Origin: Trypanosoma brucei
Lineage: Eukaryota
Assembly: GCA_000002445.1 (NCBI GenBank)
Contig: CH464491.1
Span: forward strand, 2,880,001-2,944,000
Direction: 5' to 3'
Length of the DNA stretch: 64,000 nucleotides
Part shown: piece by piece, positions 32,201 to 40,652 of the stretch
How positions within the stretch are numbered: position 1 is the first letter of the stretch
How the letters are laid out: each line of letters opens with the position of its first letter
The notes under the pieces: model-generated
Databases searched by the model: none
What the model was told of the DNA's origin: nothing
Seen by the model: only the letters and a program-made list of their open reading frames with translations
Position numbers and translations under genes: made by a program

Positions 32201-33605
32201 ACAAATACCAGTACAACCCGCAGCAACACCATTTAAGAGTGTATTTGATACACAGAGCAGTGGAGATGCGAAACCACCTGCAGCAACACCATTTAAGAGT
32301 GTGTTTGGTACACAGAGCAGTGGAGATGCGAAACCACCTGCAGCAACACCATTTAAGAGTGTGTTTGGTACACAGAGCAGTGGAGATGCGAAACCACCTG
32401 CAGCAACACCATTTAAGAGTGTATTTGATACACAGAGCAGTGGAGATGCGAAACCACCTGCAGCAACACCATTTAAGAGTGTATTTGGTACACAGAGCAG
32501 TGGAGATGCGAAACCACCTGCAGCAACACCATTTAAGAGTGTATTTGATACACAGAGCAGTGGAGATGCGAAACCACCTGCAGCAACACCATTTAAGAGT
32601 GTGTTTGGTACACAGAGCAGTGGAGATGCGAAACCACCTGCAGCAACACCATTTAAGAGTGTGTTTGGTACACAGAGCAGTGGAGATGCGAAACCACCTG
32701 CAGCAACACCATTTAAGAGTGTATTTGGTACACAGAGCAGTGGAGATGCGAAACCACCTGCAGCAACACCATTTAAGAGTGTATTTGATACACAGAGCAG
32801 TGGAGATGCGAAACCACCTGCAGCAACACCATTTAAGAGTGTATTTGATACACAGAGCAGTGGAGATGCGAAACCACCTGCAGCAACGCCATTTAAGAGT
32901 GTGTTTGGTACACAGAGCAGTGGAGATGCGAAACCACCTGCAGCAACACCATTTAAGAGTGTGTTTGGTACACAGAGCAGTGGAGATGCGAAACCACCCG
33001 CAGCAACACCATTTAAGAGTGTGTTTGGTACACAGAGCAGTGGAGATGCGAAACCACCCGCAGCAACACCATTTAAGAGTGTATTTGGTACACAGAGCAG
33101 TGGAGATGCGAAACCACCCGCAGCAACACCATTTAAGAGTGTATTTGGTACACAGAGCAGTGGAGATGCGAATTGTCGAGGGGGTGTTGTTTCCATTTGT
33201 TTAGATGGTGAAAGTTCTGTGACTAATTCTGCTTCTTCCAGTTGTCGCTCCACAGTTCAGGCTAATATTTTACATGATAGTGTTGGTGGGGGAGTTGTTT
33301 GTGTGGCTGATGATTTGAGTGGATACCAGAGCAATTCTCTTGATGAGGCTCTGAACGTTACGGGCCTCTCTCCCCTTTTTTCTGCTTTTGAGAGGATGAT
33401 GAATGACGCGAAGGAAAAGGTGTTGTCAGCCTTGAAGGAGGAGTTGAATCAAATGGTTTCCTGTGTTGGTGGCCGTGATTGCTGTAAGTGCGGAAGGGCA
33501 ATCCAAAGTGGTAGGGAAGTAAAGGAGAATTATAGGGGTAGAAATAAGTCCGGTGATAAAATAATGTGGGCTCATTTGGAGAATGCTTTCACTAAACCCT
33601 ATTGA
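29286..33605 (+). CDS. zinc-finger FG-repeat protein, candidate kinetoplastid FG-nucleoporin (TbNup149-like): three ZnF modules, each followed by 20-aa SVF[G/D] repeats
   Basis: The track ORF starts at GTG 29208; the first ATG is at 29286, giving about 1439 aa. Each of three modules has two W-x-C-x2-C-x20-C-x2-C fingers: WVCTRCGKVKDLRGDHLRGKMEVRSDCWPCG and WKCS[I/T]CGKVKPLSGDHLRGKTEVRSDCWPCG. These are followed by 60-bp (20-aa) repeats PFKSVF[G/D]TQSSGDAKPPAAT, then a unique C-terminus. The size and composition are consistent with a ~150-kDa FG-Nup. Confidence 0.75.
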   Translation: MSEIAHSAVGDVPIDSFKADSHNGGKDAWVCTRCGKVKDLRGDHLRGKMEVRSDCWPCGKKATFKLQSRLSDDGSNNNVPAASTVDDTHQPKGVGNATIVGGFRAPVVPSTGDEHQFLFPAPVLQCSTPSLSADCSSVWKCSICGKVKPLSGDHLRGKTEVRSDCWPCGCKRTFVLSPVDGEYGCSALPKEDASKTISKASENVKEQATTGAQIPVQPAAIPFKSVFDTQSSGDAKPPAATPFKSVFDTQSSGDAKPPAATPFKSVFGTQSSGDAKPPAATPFKSVFGTQSSGDAKPPAATPFKSVFDTQSSGDAKPPAATPFKSVFDTQSSGDAKPPAATPFKSVFGTQSSGDAKPPAATPFKSVFDTQSSGDAKPPAATPFKSVFGTQSSGDAKPPAATPFKSVFDTQSSGDAKPPAATPFKSDSINGFFIKQTRAGIMSEIAHSAVGDVPIDSFKADSHNGGKDAWVCTRCGKVKDLRGDHLRGKMEVRSDCWPCGKKATFKLQSRLSDDGSNNNVPAASTVDDTHQPKGVGNATIVGGFRAPVVPSTGDEHQFLFPAPVLQCSTPSLSADCSSVWKCSTCGKVKPLSGDHLRGKTEVRSDCWPCGCKRTFVLSPVDGEYGCSALPKEDASKTISKASENVKEQATTGAQIPVQPAAIPFKSVFDTQSSGDAKPPAATPFKSVFGTQSSGDAKPPAATPFKSVFGTQSSGDAKPPAATPFKSVFGTQSSGDAKPPAATPFKSDSINGFFIKQTRAGIMSEIAHSAVGDVPIDSFKADSHNGGKDAWVCTRCGKVKDLRGDHLRGKMEVRSDCWPCGKKATFKLQSRLSDDGSNNNVPAASTVDDTHQPKGVGNATIVGGFRAPVVPSTGDEHQFLFPAPVLQCSTPSLSADCSSVWKCSTCGKVKPLSGDHLRGKTEVRSDCWPCGCKRTFVLSPVDGEYGCSALPKEDASKTISKASENVKEQATTGAQIPVQPAATPFKSVFDTQSSGDAKPPAATPFKSVFGTQSSGDAKPPAATPFKSVFGTQSSGDAKPPAATPFKSVFDTQSSGDAKPPAATPFKSVFGTQSSGDAKPPAATPFKSVFDTQSSGDAKPPAATPFKSVFGTQSSGDAKPPAATPFKSVFGTQSSGDAKPPAATPFKSVFGTQSSGDAKPPAATPFKSVFDTQSSGDAKPPAATPFKSVFDTQSSGDAKPPAATPFKSVFGTQSSGDAKPPAATPFKSVFGTQSSGDAKPPAATPFKSVFGTQSSGDAKPPAATPFKSVFGTQSSGDAKPPAATPFKSVFGTQSSGDANCRGGVVSICLDGESSVTNSASSSCRSTVQANILHDSVGGGVVCVADDLSGYQSNSLDEALNVTGLSPLFSAFERMMNDAKEKVLSALKEELNQMVSCVGGRDCCKCGRAIQSGREVKENYRGRNKSGDKIMWAHLENAFTKPY
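29938..30565 (+). repeat. 60-bp tandem repeat array 1 (about 10.5 copies), in-frame coding
   Basis: The unit ccgcagcaacaccatttaagagtgtatttg[a/g]tacacagagcagtggagatgcgaaaccac recurs with period 60. Copies differ only at a few silent or D/G positions. Confidence 0.9.
31258..31525 (+). repeat. 60-bp tandem repeat array 2 (about 4.5 copies)
   Basis: This is the same 60-bp unit as array 1. Confidence 0.9.
32218..33170 (+). repeat. 60-bp tandem repeat array 3 (about 16 copies)
   Basis: This is the same 60-bp unit; the last copy degenerates into the unique C-terminal sequence at about 33170. Confidence 0.9.
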
Positions 33606-33757
33606 ATTTATTGAAGTGTTACTTTGATGCTAATCACCTTCTGTTGCAAGCGCTGGTGATATAAATTGTTAGTGGGTTTGTTGCGTGTTGACCTTTCTGC
33701 TCCTTCCAAATAATCACTTACTCTACCTGCAGTTCGTGTAACAGATAAAAGGTGTAG

Positions 33758-36700
33758 ATGTCCCTGGACCCCCGTTCCTGTGACGCCATTTGTGAAGAAC
33801 TTCATGCAGAATCGTGCATCTGTGACGGAGCTGGCATTCTCAATTTATGTCGACAGGTAAAAGAACTTCGAGTTGGAATTCGCCGTCTGCTTACTGAAGA
33901 CATACCGACTCTTGGAGACATCATCACAGAATTTCAAGAGCCACACCTGAGGGAGTTTAGGGACTTCCACCGTGGTGCCAGAAGAGATAATGTTGTCAGA
34001 ACTCCAACCGATATAGTTTTTGCCACAACATCACTCCTGCGTTGTTGCAACGAACTGAGTTCCAATGTTACGAGAGGATTCAACCGCCTAGCCAATAAGG
34101 AAACTGTTAAACTTAATACCCATGCAATCGGTTACGCACCTATATTTTCCAGAGAGAAATATAGCAGTTATCCACCCGCAACTGTGGAGACAGAGAAAAA
34201 CGAAAACAGAACAAAAGATAAGAAATTAAACAGTAATCATTGCGCAGCGCCACAGGTAAAAGCGGGTGGCGAGAAAGAGGGAAAAGCTAACCCGCAAGCA
34301 AGACACGAAACAAGTAGATCACTGGTGTCACAAAAAGAAATTTTGACATCTCGGCTAACTACTGTAGACAAGTATCCTGCATTTGGTCAAGCAATTACTG
34401 AAGATAAGCCTCTCGCATTTGGTCAAGGTGCGACTGCAGATAAGCCTCCCGCATTTGGTCAAGGAGTGACTGCAGATAAGCCTCCCGCATTTGGTCAAGG
34501 TGCGGCTGCAGGCACAACTCCCGCATTTGGTCAAGGAGTGACTGCAGGCACAACTCCCGCATTTGGTCAAGGAGTGACTGCAGATAAGCCTCCCGCATTT
34601 GGTCAAGGTGCGGCTGCAGATAAGCCTCCCGCATTTGGTCAAGGAGTGAATGCAGATAAGCCTCCCGCATTTGGTCAAGGAGTGAATGCAGATAAGCCTC
34701 CCGCATTTGGTCAAGGAGTGACTGCAGATAAGCCTCCCGCATTTGGTCAAGGAGTGACTGCAGATAAGCCTCCCGCATTTGGTCAAGGTGCGGCTGCAGA
34801 TAAGCCTCTCGCATTTGGTCAAGGTGCGACTGCAGATAAGCCTCCCGCATTTGGTCAAGGAGTGACTGCAGATAAGCCTCCCGCATTTGGTCAAGGTGCG
34901 GCTGCAGATAAGCCTCCCGCATTTGGTCAAGGAGTGACTGCAGGCACAACTCCCGCATTTGGTCAAGGAGTGACTGCAGATAAGCCTCCCGCATTTGGTC
35001 AAGGAGTGAATGCAGATAAGCCTCCCGCATTTGGTCAAGGAGTGAATGCAGGCACAACTCCCGCATTTGGTCAAGGAGTGACTGCAGGCACAACTCCCGC
35101 ATTTGGTCAAGGAGTGACTGCAGGCACAACTCCCGCATTTGGTCAAGGTGCGGCTGCAGATAAGCCTCCCGCATTTGGTCAAGGAGTGAATGCAGATAAG
35201 CCTCCCGCATTTGGTCAAGGAGTGACTGCAGGCACAACTCCCGCATTTGGTCAAGGAGTGAATGCAGATAAGCCTCCCGCATTTGGTCAAGGAGTGACTG
35301 CAGGCACAACTCCCGCATTTGGTCAAGGAGCGGCTGCAGATAAGACTCCCGCATTTGGTCAAGGAGTGACTGCAGATAAACCTCCCGCATTTGGTCAAGG
35401 AGTGACTGCAGGCACAACTCCCGCATTTGGTCAAGGAGTGACTGCAGGCACAACTCCCGCATTTGGTCAAGGAGTGACTGCAGATAAGCCTCCCGCATTT
35501 GGTCAAGGAGTGAATGCAGATAAGCCTCCCGCATTTGGTCAAGGAGTGACTGCAGGCACAACTCCCGCATTTGGTCAAGGAGCGGCTGCAGGCACAACTC
35601 CCGCATTTGGTCAAGGAGTGAATGCAGATAAGCCTCCCGCATTTGGTCAAGGAGTGACTGCAGATAAGCCTCCTGCATTTGGTCAAGGTGCGGCTGCAGG
35701 CACAACTCCCGCATTTGGTCAAGGAGTGAATGCAGATAAGCCTCCCGCATTTGGTCAAGGAGCGGCTGCAGGCACAACTCCCGCATTTGGTCAAGGAGTG
35801 AATGCAGATAAGCCTCCCGCATTTGGTCAAGGAGCGGCTGCAGATAAGCCTCCTGCATTTGGTCAAGGTGCGGCTGCAGATAAGCCTCCTGCATTTGGTC
35901 AAGGTGCGGCTGCAGGCACAACTCCCGCATTTGGTCAAGGAGTGAATGCAGATAAGCCTCCTGCATTTGGTCAAGGTGCGGCTGCAGGCACAACTCCCGC
36001 ATTTGGTCAAGGAGTGACTGCAGATAAGACTCCCGCATTTGGTCAAGGTGTGGCTGCAGATAAGCCTCCCGCATTTGGTCAAGGTGTGGCTGCAGATAAG
36101 CCTCCCGCATTTGGTCAAGGTGCGGCTGCGAATAAAGCTTCTGTATTTGGTCAAGGAGTGACTGCAGGCACAACTCCCGCATTTGGTCAAGGAGTGGCTG
36201 CAGATAAGCCTCCCGCATTTGGTCAAGGTGTGGCTGCAGATAAGCCTCCCGCATTTGGTCAAGGTGCGGCTGCGAATAAAGCTTCAGCATTTGGTCAAGG
36301 AGTGACTGCAGGCACAACTCCCGCATTTGGTCAAGGAGTGGCTGCAGATAAGCCTCCCGTATTTGGTCAAGGTGTGGCTGCAGATAAGCCTCCCGCATTT
36401 GGTCAAGGTGCGGCTGCGAATAAAGCTTCTGTATTTGGTCAAGGAGTGACTGCAGGCACAACTCCCGCATTTGGTCAAGGAGTGGCTGCAGATAAGCCTC
36501 CCGTATTTGGTCAAGGAGTGACTGCAGATAAGCCTCCCGCATTTGGTCAAGGAGTGACTGCAGATAAGCCTCCCGCATTTGGTCAAGGAGTGGCTGCAGA
36601 TAAGCCTCCCGTATTTGGTCAAGGAGTGGCTGCAGATAAGCCTCCCGCATTTGGTCAAGGTGCGGCTGCGAATAAAGCTTCAGCATTTGGTCAAGGAGTG

Positions 36701-38152
36701 ACTGCAGGCACAACTCCCGCATTTGGTCAAGGAGTGGCTGCAGATAAGCCTCCCGCATTTGGTCAAGGTGCGGCTGCAGGCACAACTCCCGCATTTGGTC
36801 AAGGAGTGACTGCAGGCACAACTCCCGCATTTGGTCAAGGAGTGACTGCAGGCACAACTCCCGCATTTGGTCAAGGTGCGGCTGCGAATAAAGCTTCAGT
36901 ATTTGGTCAAGGAGTGACTGCAGGCACAACTCCCGCATTTGGTCAAGGAGTAACTGCAGGCACAACTCCCGCATTTGGTCAAGGTGCGACTGCAGGCACA
37001 ACTCCCGCATTTGGTCAAGGAGTGACTGCAGGCACAACTCCCGCATTTGGTCAAGGAGTAACTGCAGGCACAACTCCCGCATTTGGTCAAGGTGCTGCTG
37101 CGAATAAAGCTTCAGTATTTGGTCAAGGTGTGGCTGCAGATAAGCCTCCCGCATTTGGTCAAGGTGTGGCTGCAGATAAGCCTCCCGCATTTGGTCAAGG
37201 TGCTGCTGCGAATAAAGCTTCAGTATTTGGTCAAGGTGCTGCTGCGAATAAAGCTTCAGTATTTGGTCAAGGAGTGGCTGCAGATAAGCCTCCCGCATTT
37301 GGTCAAGGTGCTGCTGCGAATAAAGCTTCAGTATTTGGTCAAGGTGCGGCTGCAGGCACAACTCCCGCATTTGGTCAAGGTGCGGCTGCAGATAAGCCTC
37401 CTGCATTTGGTCAAGGTGCGGCTGCAGGCACAACTCCCGCATTTGGTCAAGGAGTGACTGCAGGCACAACTCCCGCATTTGGTCAAGGAGCTGCTGCGAA
37501 TAAAGCTTCAGTATTTGGTCAAGGTGCGGCTGCAGGCACAACTCCCGCATTTGGTCAAGGTGCGGCTGCAGGCACAACTCCCGCATTTGGTCAAGGTGCG
37601 GCTGCAGGCACAACGCCCGCATTTGGTCAAGGTGCGGCTGCAGGCACAACTCCCGCATTTGGTCAAGGTGCGGCTGCAGGCACAACTCCCGCATTTGGTC
37701 AAGGAGTGACTGCAGGCACAACTCCCGCATTTGGTCAAGGTGCGGCTGCAGGCACAACTCCCGCATTTGGTCAAGGTGCGGCTGCGAATAAAGCTTCAGT
37801 ATTTGGTCAAGGAGTGACTGCAGGCACAACTCCCGCATTTGGTCAAGGTGCTGGTGGGTGTGTATCCAACTCTGTCTTTGGGACGACTCCGGCAAGCGGT
37901 GGATGTGAATTGGGTACAATATGTGGATTCGGCTCTGACCCGAGTGGAGTGAAGTCGTTGCGTGTTAACCTTGGTGCTAATTGCGGTGTAGGGACTCCTT
38001 CTGTTTTTGGTGTGCCCGGTCATGTTTCGAGTCCGCAAGTTGCTCCCTTTGGTTCCGCTGCTACGTCTCATGTTTTTCAGTCTTCTTCTTTTTCTAGTAT
38101 TGCCGGCAATTATAAGGCCACACCTGATTTTAAAAGTGTCTTTTCGCAGTAG
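33758..38152 (+). CDS. FG-repeat protein with about 90 tandem 13-aa PAFGQG repeats, candidate kinetoplastid FG-nucleoporin (TbNup140-like)
   Basis: 1464 aa with an ATG start. A unique ~200-aa N-terminal domain is followed by 39-bp repeats encoding AFGQG[V/A][T/N/A]A[D/G][K/T][P/T]P. Three subtypes occur: ..ADKPP, ..AGTTP and ..AANKAS[V/A]. A unique G/S/V-rich C-terminus ends ..DFKSVFSQ. It lies immediately downstream of the zinc-finger FG gene. Confidence 0.75.
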   Translation: MSLDPRSCDAICEELHAESCICDGAGILNLCRQVKELRVGIRRLLTEDIPTLGDIITEFQEPHLREFRDFHRGARRDNVVRTPTDIVFATTSLLRCCNELSSNVTRGFNRLANKETVKLNTHAIGYAPIFSREKYSSYPPATVETEKNENRTKDKKLNSNHCAAPQVKAGGEKEGKANPQARHETSRSLVSQKEILTSRLTTVDKYPAFGQAITEDKPLAFGQGATADKPPAFGQGVTADKPPAFGQGAAAGTTPAFGQGVTAGTTPAFGQGVTADKPPAFGQGAAADKPPAFGQGVNADKPPAFGQGVNADKPPAFGQGVTADKPPAFGQGVTADKPPAFGQGAAADKPLAFGQGATADKPPAFGQGVTADKPPAFGQGAAADKPPAFGQGVTAGTTPAFGQGVTADKPPAFGQGVNADKPPAFGQGVNAGTTPAFGQGVTAGTTPAFGQGVTAGTTPAFGQGAAADKPPAFGQGVNADKPPAFGQGVTAGTTPAFGQGVNADKPPAFGQGVTAGTTPAFGQGAAADKTPAFGQGVTADKPPAFGQGVTAGTTPAFGQGVTAGTTPAFGQGVTADKPPAFGQGVNADKPPAFGQGVTAGTTPAFGQGAAAGTTPAFGQGVNADKPPAFGQGVTADKPPAFGQGAAAGTTPAFGQGVNADKPPAFGQGAAAGTTPAFGQGVNADKPPAFGQGAAADKPPAFGQGAAADKPPAFGQGAAAGTTPAFGQGVNADKPPAFGQGAAAGTTPAFGQGVTADKTPAFGQGVAADKPPAFGQGVAADKPPAFGQGAAANKASVFGQGVTAGTTPAFGQGVAADKPPAFGQGVAADKPPAFGQGAAANKASAFGQGVTAGTTPAFGQGVAADKPPVFGQGVAADKPPAFGQGAAANKASVFGQGVTAGTTPAFGQGVAADKPPVFGQGVTADKPPAFGQGVTADKPPAFGQGVAADKPPVFGQGVAADKPPAFGQGAAANKASAFGQGVTAGTTPAFGQGVAADKPPAFGQGAAAGTTPAFGQGVTAGTTPAFGQGVTAGTTPAFGQGAAANKASVFGQGVTAGTTPAFGQGVTAGTTPAFGQGATAGTTPAFGQGVTAGTTPAFGQGVTAGTTPAFGQGAAANKASVFGQGVAADKPPAFGQGVAADKPPAFGQGAAANKASVFGQGAAANKASVFGQGVAADKPPAFGQGAAANKASVFGQGAAAGTTPAFGQGAAADKPPAFGQGAAAGTTPAFGQGVTAGTTPAFGQGAAANKASVFGQGAAAGTTPAFGQGAAAGTTPAFGQGAAAGTTPAFGQGAAAGTTPAFGQGAAAGTTPAFGQGVTAGTTPAFGQGAAAGTTPAFGQGAAANKASVFGQGVTAGTTPAFGQGAGGCVSNSVFGTTPASGGCELGTICGFGSDPSGVKSLRVNLGANCGVGTPSVFGVPGHVSSPQVAPFGSAATSHVFQSSSFSSIAGNYKATPDFKSVFSQ
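34374..37850 (+). repeat. 39-bp tandem repeat array (about 89 copies), in-frame coding
   Basis: The unit gcatttggtcaaggagtgactgcagataagcctccc and its variants ggcacaactccc and gcgaataaagcttcagt recur with period 39 throughout. Confidence 0.9.
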
Positions 38153-38335
38153 AAGTTTATGGTTATGGGAGGTAACTAAAAAATCATGTGAATGAGGTGC
38201 TTAAATATTTTTGTTATTATACTTAAATTTCGTTAGATGATGTTCTTTGTGAAGGCGCTTTCGTTTGTTGTTTTGATGTGTAGTTCTTAGAGGTTATTCT
38301 TGCTAGCATCAGGACGAAAGTTGTGAAGCTATACA

Positions 38336-38779
38336 ATGACCGATATAGTGGACCTGGAACTTAGGGTGTTGGAGGAGAGTGACTTGTCCAGTCACTTGGA
38401 GCTGTTGGGGCATCTGACTGAGGCACCACCGTTGAGCGGGGTCGAACTCGCGAACATCGCGGACATGCGGAGGAGAGCTGGAATTGTAACTAAAGTGTTC
38501 TGTCACCAACCAACTGGAGGGATTGTGGGGTCAGCATCTCTAATGATTCAACCGAAATTCACTCGTGGCGGTAGGGCTGTAGGACACATTGAAGATGTCG
38601 TTGTAGACCCCTCGTACAGAGGGGCTGGACTTGGCAAAGCACTTATCATGGACCTTTGCGAAATATCTAGGTCGAAAGGTTGCTACAAAGTGATACTCGA
38701 CAGTTCTGAAAAGTCGCTTCCGTTCTACGAAAAGTTGGGGTTTCGAGCACATGAGAGACAAATGAGGCTGGATTTGTAG
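38336..38779 (+). CDS. GNA1: glucosamine-6-phosphate N-acetyltransferase (GNAT superfamily, GNA1-type)
   Basis: 147 aa with an ATG start. The GNAT core GHIEDVVVDPSYRGAGLGKALI and the C-terminal CYKVILDSSEKSLPFYEKLGF are typical of eukaryotic GNA1. The size matches small GNA1 enzymes. Confidence 0.7.
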   Translation: MTDIVDLELRVLEESDLSSHLELLGHLTEAPPLSGVELANIADMRRRAGIVTKVFCHQPTGGIVGSASLMIQPKFTRGGRAVGHIEDVVVDPSYRGAGLGKALIMDLCEISRSKGCYKVILDSSEKSLPFYEKLGFRAHERQMRLDL

Positions 38780-39020
38780 TTTTTTTTGTCTGCATTTTCG
38801 ATTTAACATGAGTATTCACTTATCTACTTTCAGCAAAGTGGTGGGGGTTACTGATGAAACGTAATGGGGAGAGACTGAGGTTATAGAGCGGCAAGTCAAC
38901 ATTGCATCCTGCCTTCGCATGTGTGCTCGTTCTATTATATCTGTGCTTGTGCGCTGTTTCTATTCTTCTGCTTTCTCACTCTTTACCATCAGTGTGTTTA
39001 CGTAGGATATCAACATTTTC

Positions 39021-40127
39021 ATGCACCGGGGGAGCCAACTTGACGTAGATCGGTACAGTGTTGTAAAGCACCTTGGAAGTGGGGGATTTGGTGATGCATT
39101 CCTTGTAAAGGATGCTAACGATGGCATGGAGTATGTGCTGAAGTGTTCAAAAACTGTTGGCAGTAATGACACACTGTTGTCCGAGGCACAGAATCTCTTG
39201 CTCACAACATGTGACCATGTTGTGCACTGTTTTGGTGTTTGGTTGGAACCTATGGGTAACAGGTGCTGTATGCTACTTGAATACTGTGATGGGGGGGACT
39301 TGGAGGATTACCTAAGTTACTCCTTTCCCCTGACAGAATCGGAGCTTGTTTCAATATTTGCGCAGCTGCTATTGGGTCTGGATCACATCCATCTTAAGCA
39401 TCTTATACATAGGGATATCAAATTGCAGAACTTGATGCTACACCGTTCTACGGGAGTTGTGAAGATTGGTGATTTCGGCATGAGCAAAGCTCTTCGCTTT
39501 ACGGACGAGGTCTCTTCCACAAGGCTTGGCACCCCTCTTTACACTTCACCAGAGGTTCTAAAAGGCCTTGGATATACAAGAAAAACAGATGTATGGAGCA
39601 TGGGTGTGGCGTTCTACCGTTTGATGACCAACAGACTTCCGTTCCCAGCTTCCAATGTGGAGGAGATGTATGAAAGCTATAGGACCACCCGGCCCGTGCA
39701 CCCTTGCCGAGTGCACAACGAATATTCCGAACCGCTTGGTGATTTGGTAATGAAGATGCTGACTAAGAGTAGAAGGAAACGGCCGAATGCGCGTGAGCTG
39801 CTTGCTCTTCCACTGTTTACGGAAACACTTAGTGCGCGTCCATGGCATCCGCCCCATCTTCGCGGATCAAACTACTTGTTTTCGTGTCGTCCAATGACCA
39901 ACATCAATATCCGGAGTCTTCCTTCCTTGGCTGCTGAGCGGGTTGGCGAGGTTTCGTATGGTGATCAGGTTCTTGTAAGTGAAGAAGAGGTGAGCAGTGA
40001 GGGTATGATGTGGTACAGGGTTCTTTATCCCCTGGAAGGATACTGCATTACAACTACAGATGGTCATCAGTTATTTCAGCGGGTTAGTGACCCTGCGCGT
40101 TTTCCCCCGATTTCGTCCCTAGAGTGA
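39021..40127 (+). CDS. serine/threonine protein kinase, NEK (NIMA-related) family-like
   Basis: 368 aa with an ATG start. It has the glycine loop LGSGGFGDAF, VLK for the conserved lysine, HRDIKLQNLML, DFGMSKAL and GTPLYTSPE, all in the canonical order. A ~90-aa non-kinase C-terminal extension follows. Confidence 0.8.
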   Translation: MHRGSQLDVDRYSVVKHLGSGGFGDAFLVKDANDGMEYVLKCSKTVGSNDTLLSEAQNLLLTTCDHVVHCFGVWLEPMGNRCCMLLEYCDGGDLEDYLSYSFPLTESELVSIFAQLLLGLDHIHLKHLIHRDIKLQNLMLHRSTGVVKIGDFGMSKALRFTDEVSSTRLGTPLYTSPEVLKGLGYTRKTDVWSMGVAFYRLMTNRLPFPASNVEEMYESYRTTRPVHPCRVHNEYSEPLGDLVMKMLTKSRRKRPNARELLALPLFTETLSARPWHPPHLRGSNYLFSCRPMTNINIRSLPSLAAERVGEVSYGDQVLVSEEEVSSEGMMWYRVLYPLEGYCITTTDGHQLFQRVSDPARFPPISSLE

Positions 40128-40617
40128 TATTTATCCTCTTGCTTCATTTTCTGGTGATATAGTGATGGTACATTCAATGTATTATCCCTCATGTTATTTT
40201 TTAAAACTTCCTTTCCTCAACTATTTGTTTTACATCTCTAAGTAAATTGTTGGTTTATTTTGTTCTTCTTAGCTTTCATTGAACTTGTTATTATTTTATC
40301 CTGGAGAGTTGACACAGTTCTGTTGGTAACAATATTTCGTTGTAGTGTCTCTTCACTAGCGGCTGCGACATGCTTTCTTCTCCCCACCTGTTCTGTGGTC
40401 AGGGAAGAGACTGTATGAATCGGGTCGAGAAGACATTCGGCGGAAATAGTTTTTTTTTCTTTTTAAAGCTCTGCTTTTTATCGCAGGCGCAGTGCTTCCG
40501 ATCTTCTTGTTAGAGAAAGGATCCGGGCTCGACAGTCGCGTTGCATCACCACCAGCGATGTCCTTCTTATCTCTGCTCGTTAATCCTTTCTACCCCTCAC
40601 CTTAACAAATACATGGC

Positions 40618-40638
40618 TCTCTTTTTTTCCTTTTAGGC
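40618..40638 (+). promoter_or_regulatory. polypyrimidine tract plus AG, probable spliced-leader trans-splice acceptor for the downstream gene
   Basis: The sequence ctctttttttccttttag lies immediately 5' of the ATG at 40653. This is the canonical kinetoplastid polyY-AG signal. Confidence 0.4.
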
Positions 40639-40652
40639 GCAAAGTTTTGGAA

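Larger units (their letters stand above)
29265..32230 (+). repeat. segmental triplication of a ~0.66-kb zinc-finger module
   Basis: Copies begin at about 29265, 30585 and 31545. Module nucleotide sequences agree almost base-for-base over ~650 bp; one visible difference is tctatctgtgga at 29711 against tctacctgtgga at 31031. The same junction gattccattaatggcttttttattaagcaaactcgtgctggaatcatg recurs at 30560 and 31520. Confidence 0.9.

Noticed and set aside
29744-33253. Long minus-strand and alternative-frame ORFs overlapping the 60-bp repeat arrays (29744..30607, 29877..30875, 31064..31567, 31197..31835, 32024..33253, 29821..30618 and others)
   Set aside because: These are open frames created by the periodicity of the repeats. 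They yield low-complexity proteins such as LLNGVAAGGFASPLLCV or HRAVEMRNH, and they are antisense to a gene with a clear unique N- and C-terminus.
29938-37850. CRISPR-like reading of the regular 60-bp and 39-bp arrays
   Set aside because: The units are contiguous with no unique spacers, lie in-frame inside long ATG-initiated ORFs in a eukaryotic (kinetoplastid) context, and encode FG-type peptide repeats.
34355-38071. Minus-strand ORFs of up to 1174 aa (34395..37919, 34355..36262 and smaller ones) and +2/+3 frame ORFs across the 39-bp array
   Set aside because: These are the same artefact: 39 = 3 x 13, so every frame stays open across a near-perfect array. The products (LDQMRELCLQ.., LTKCGSCACS..) are repeat-only with no unique domains.
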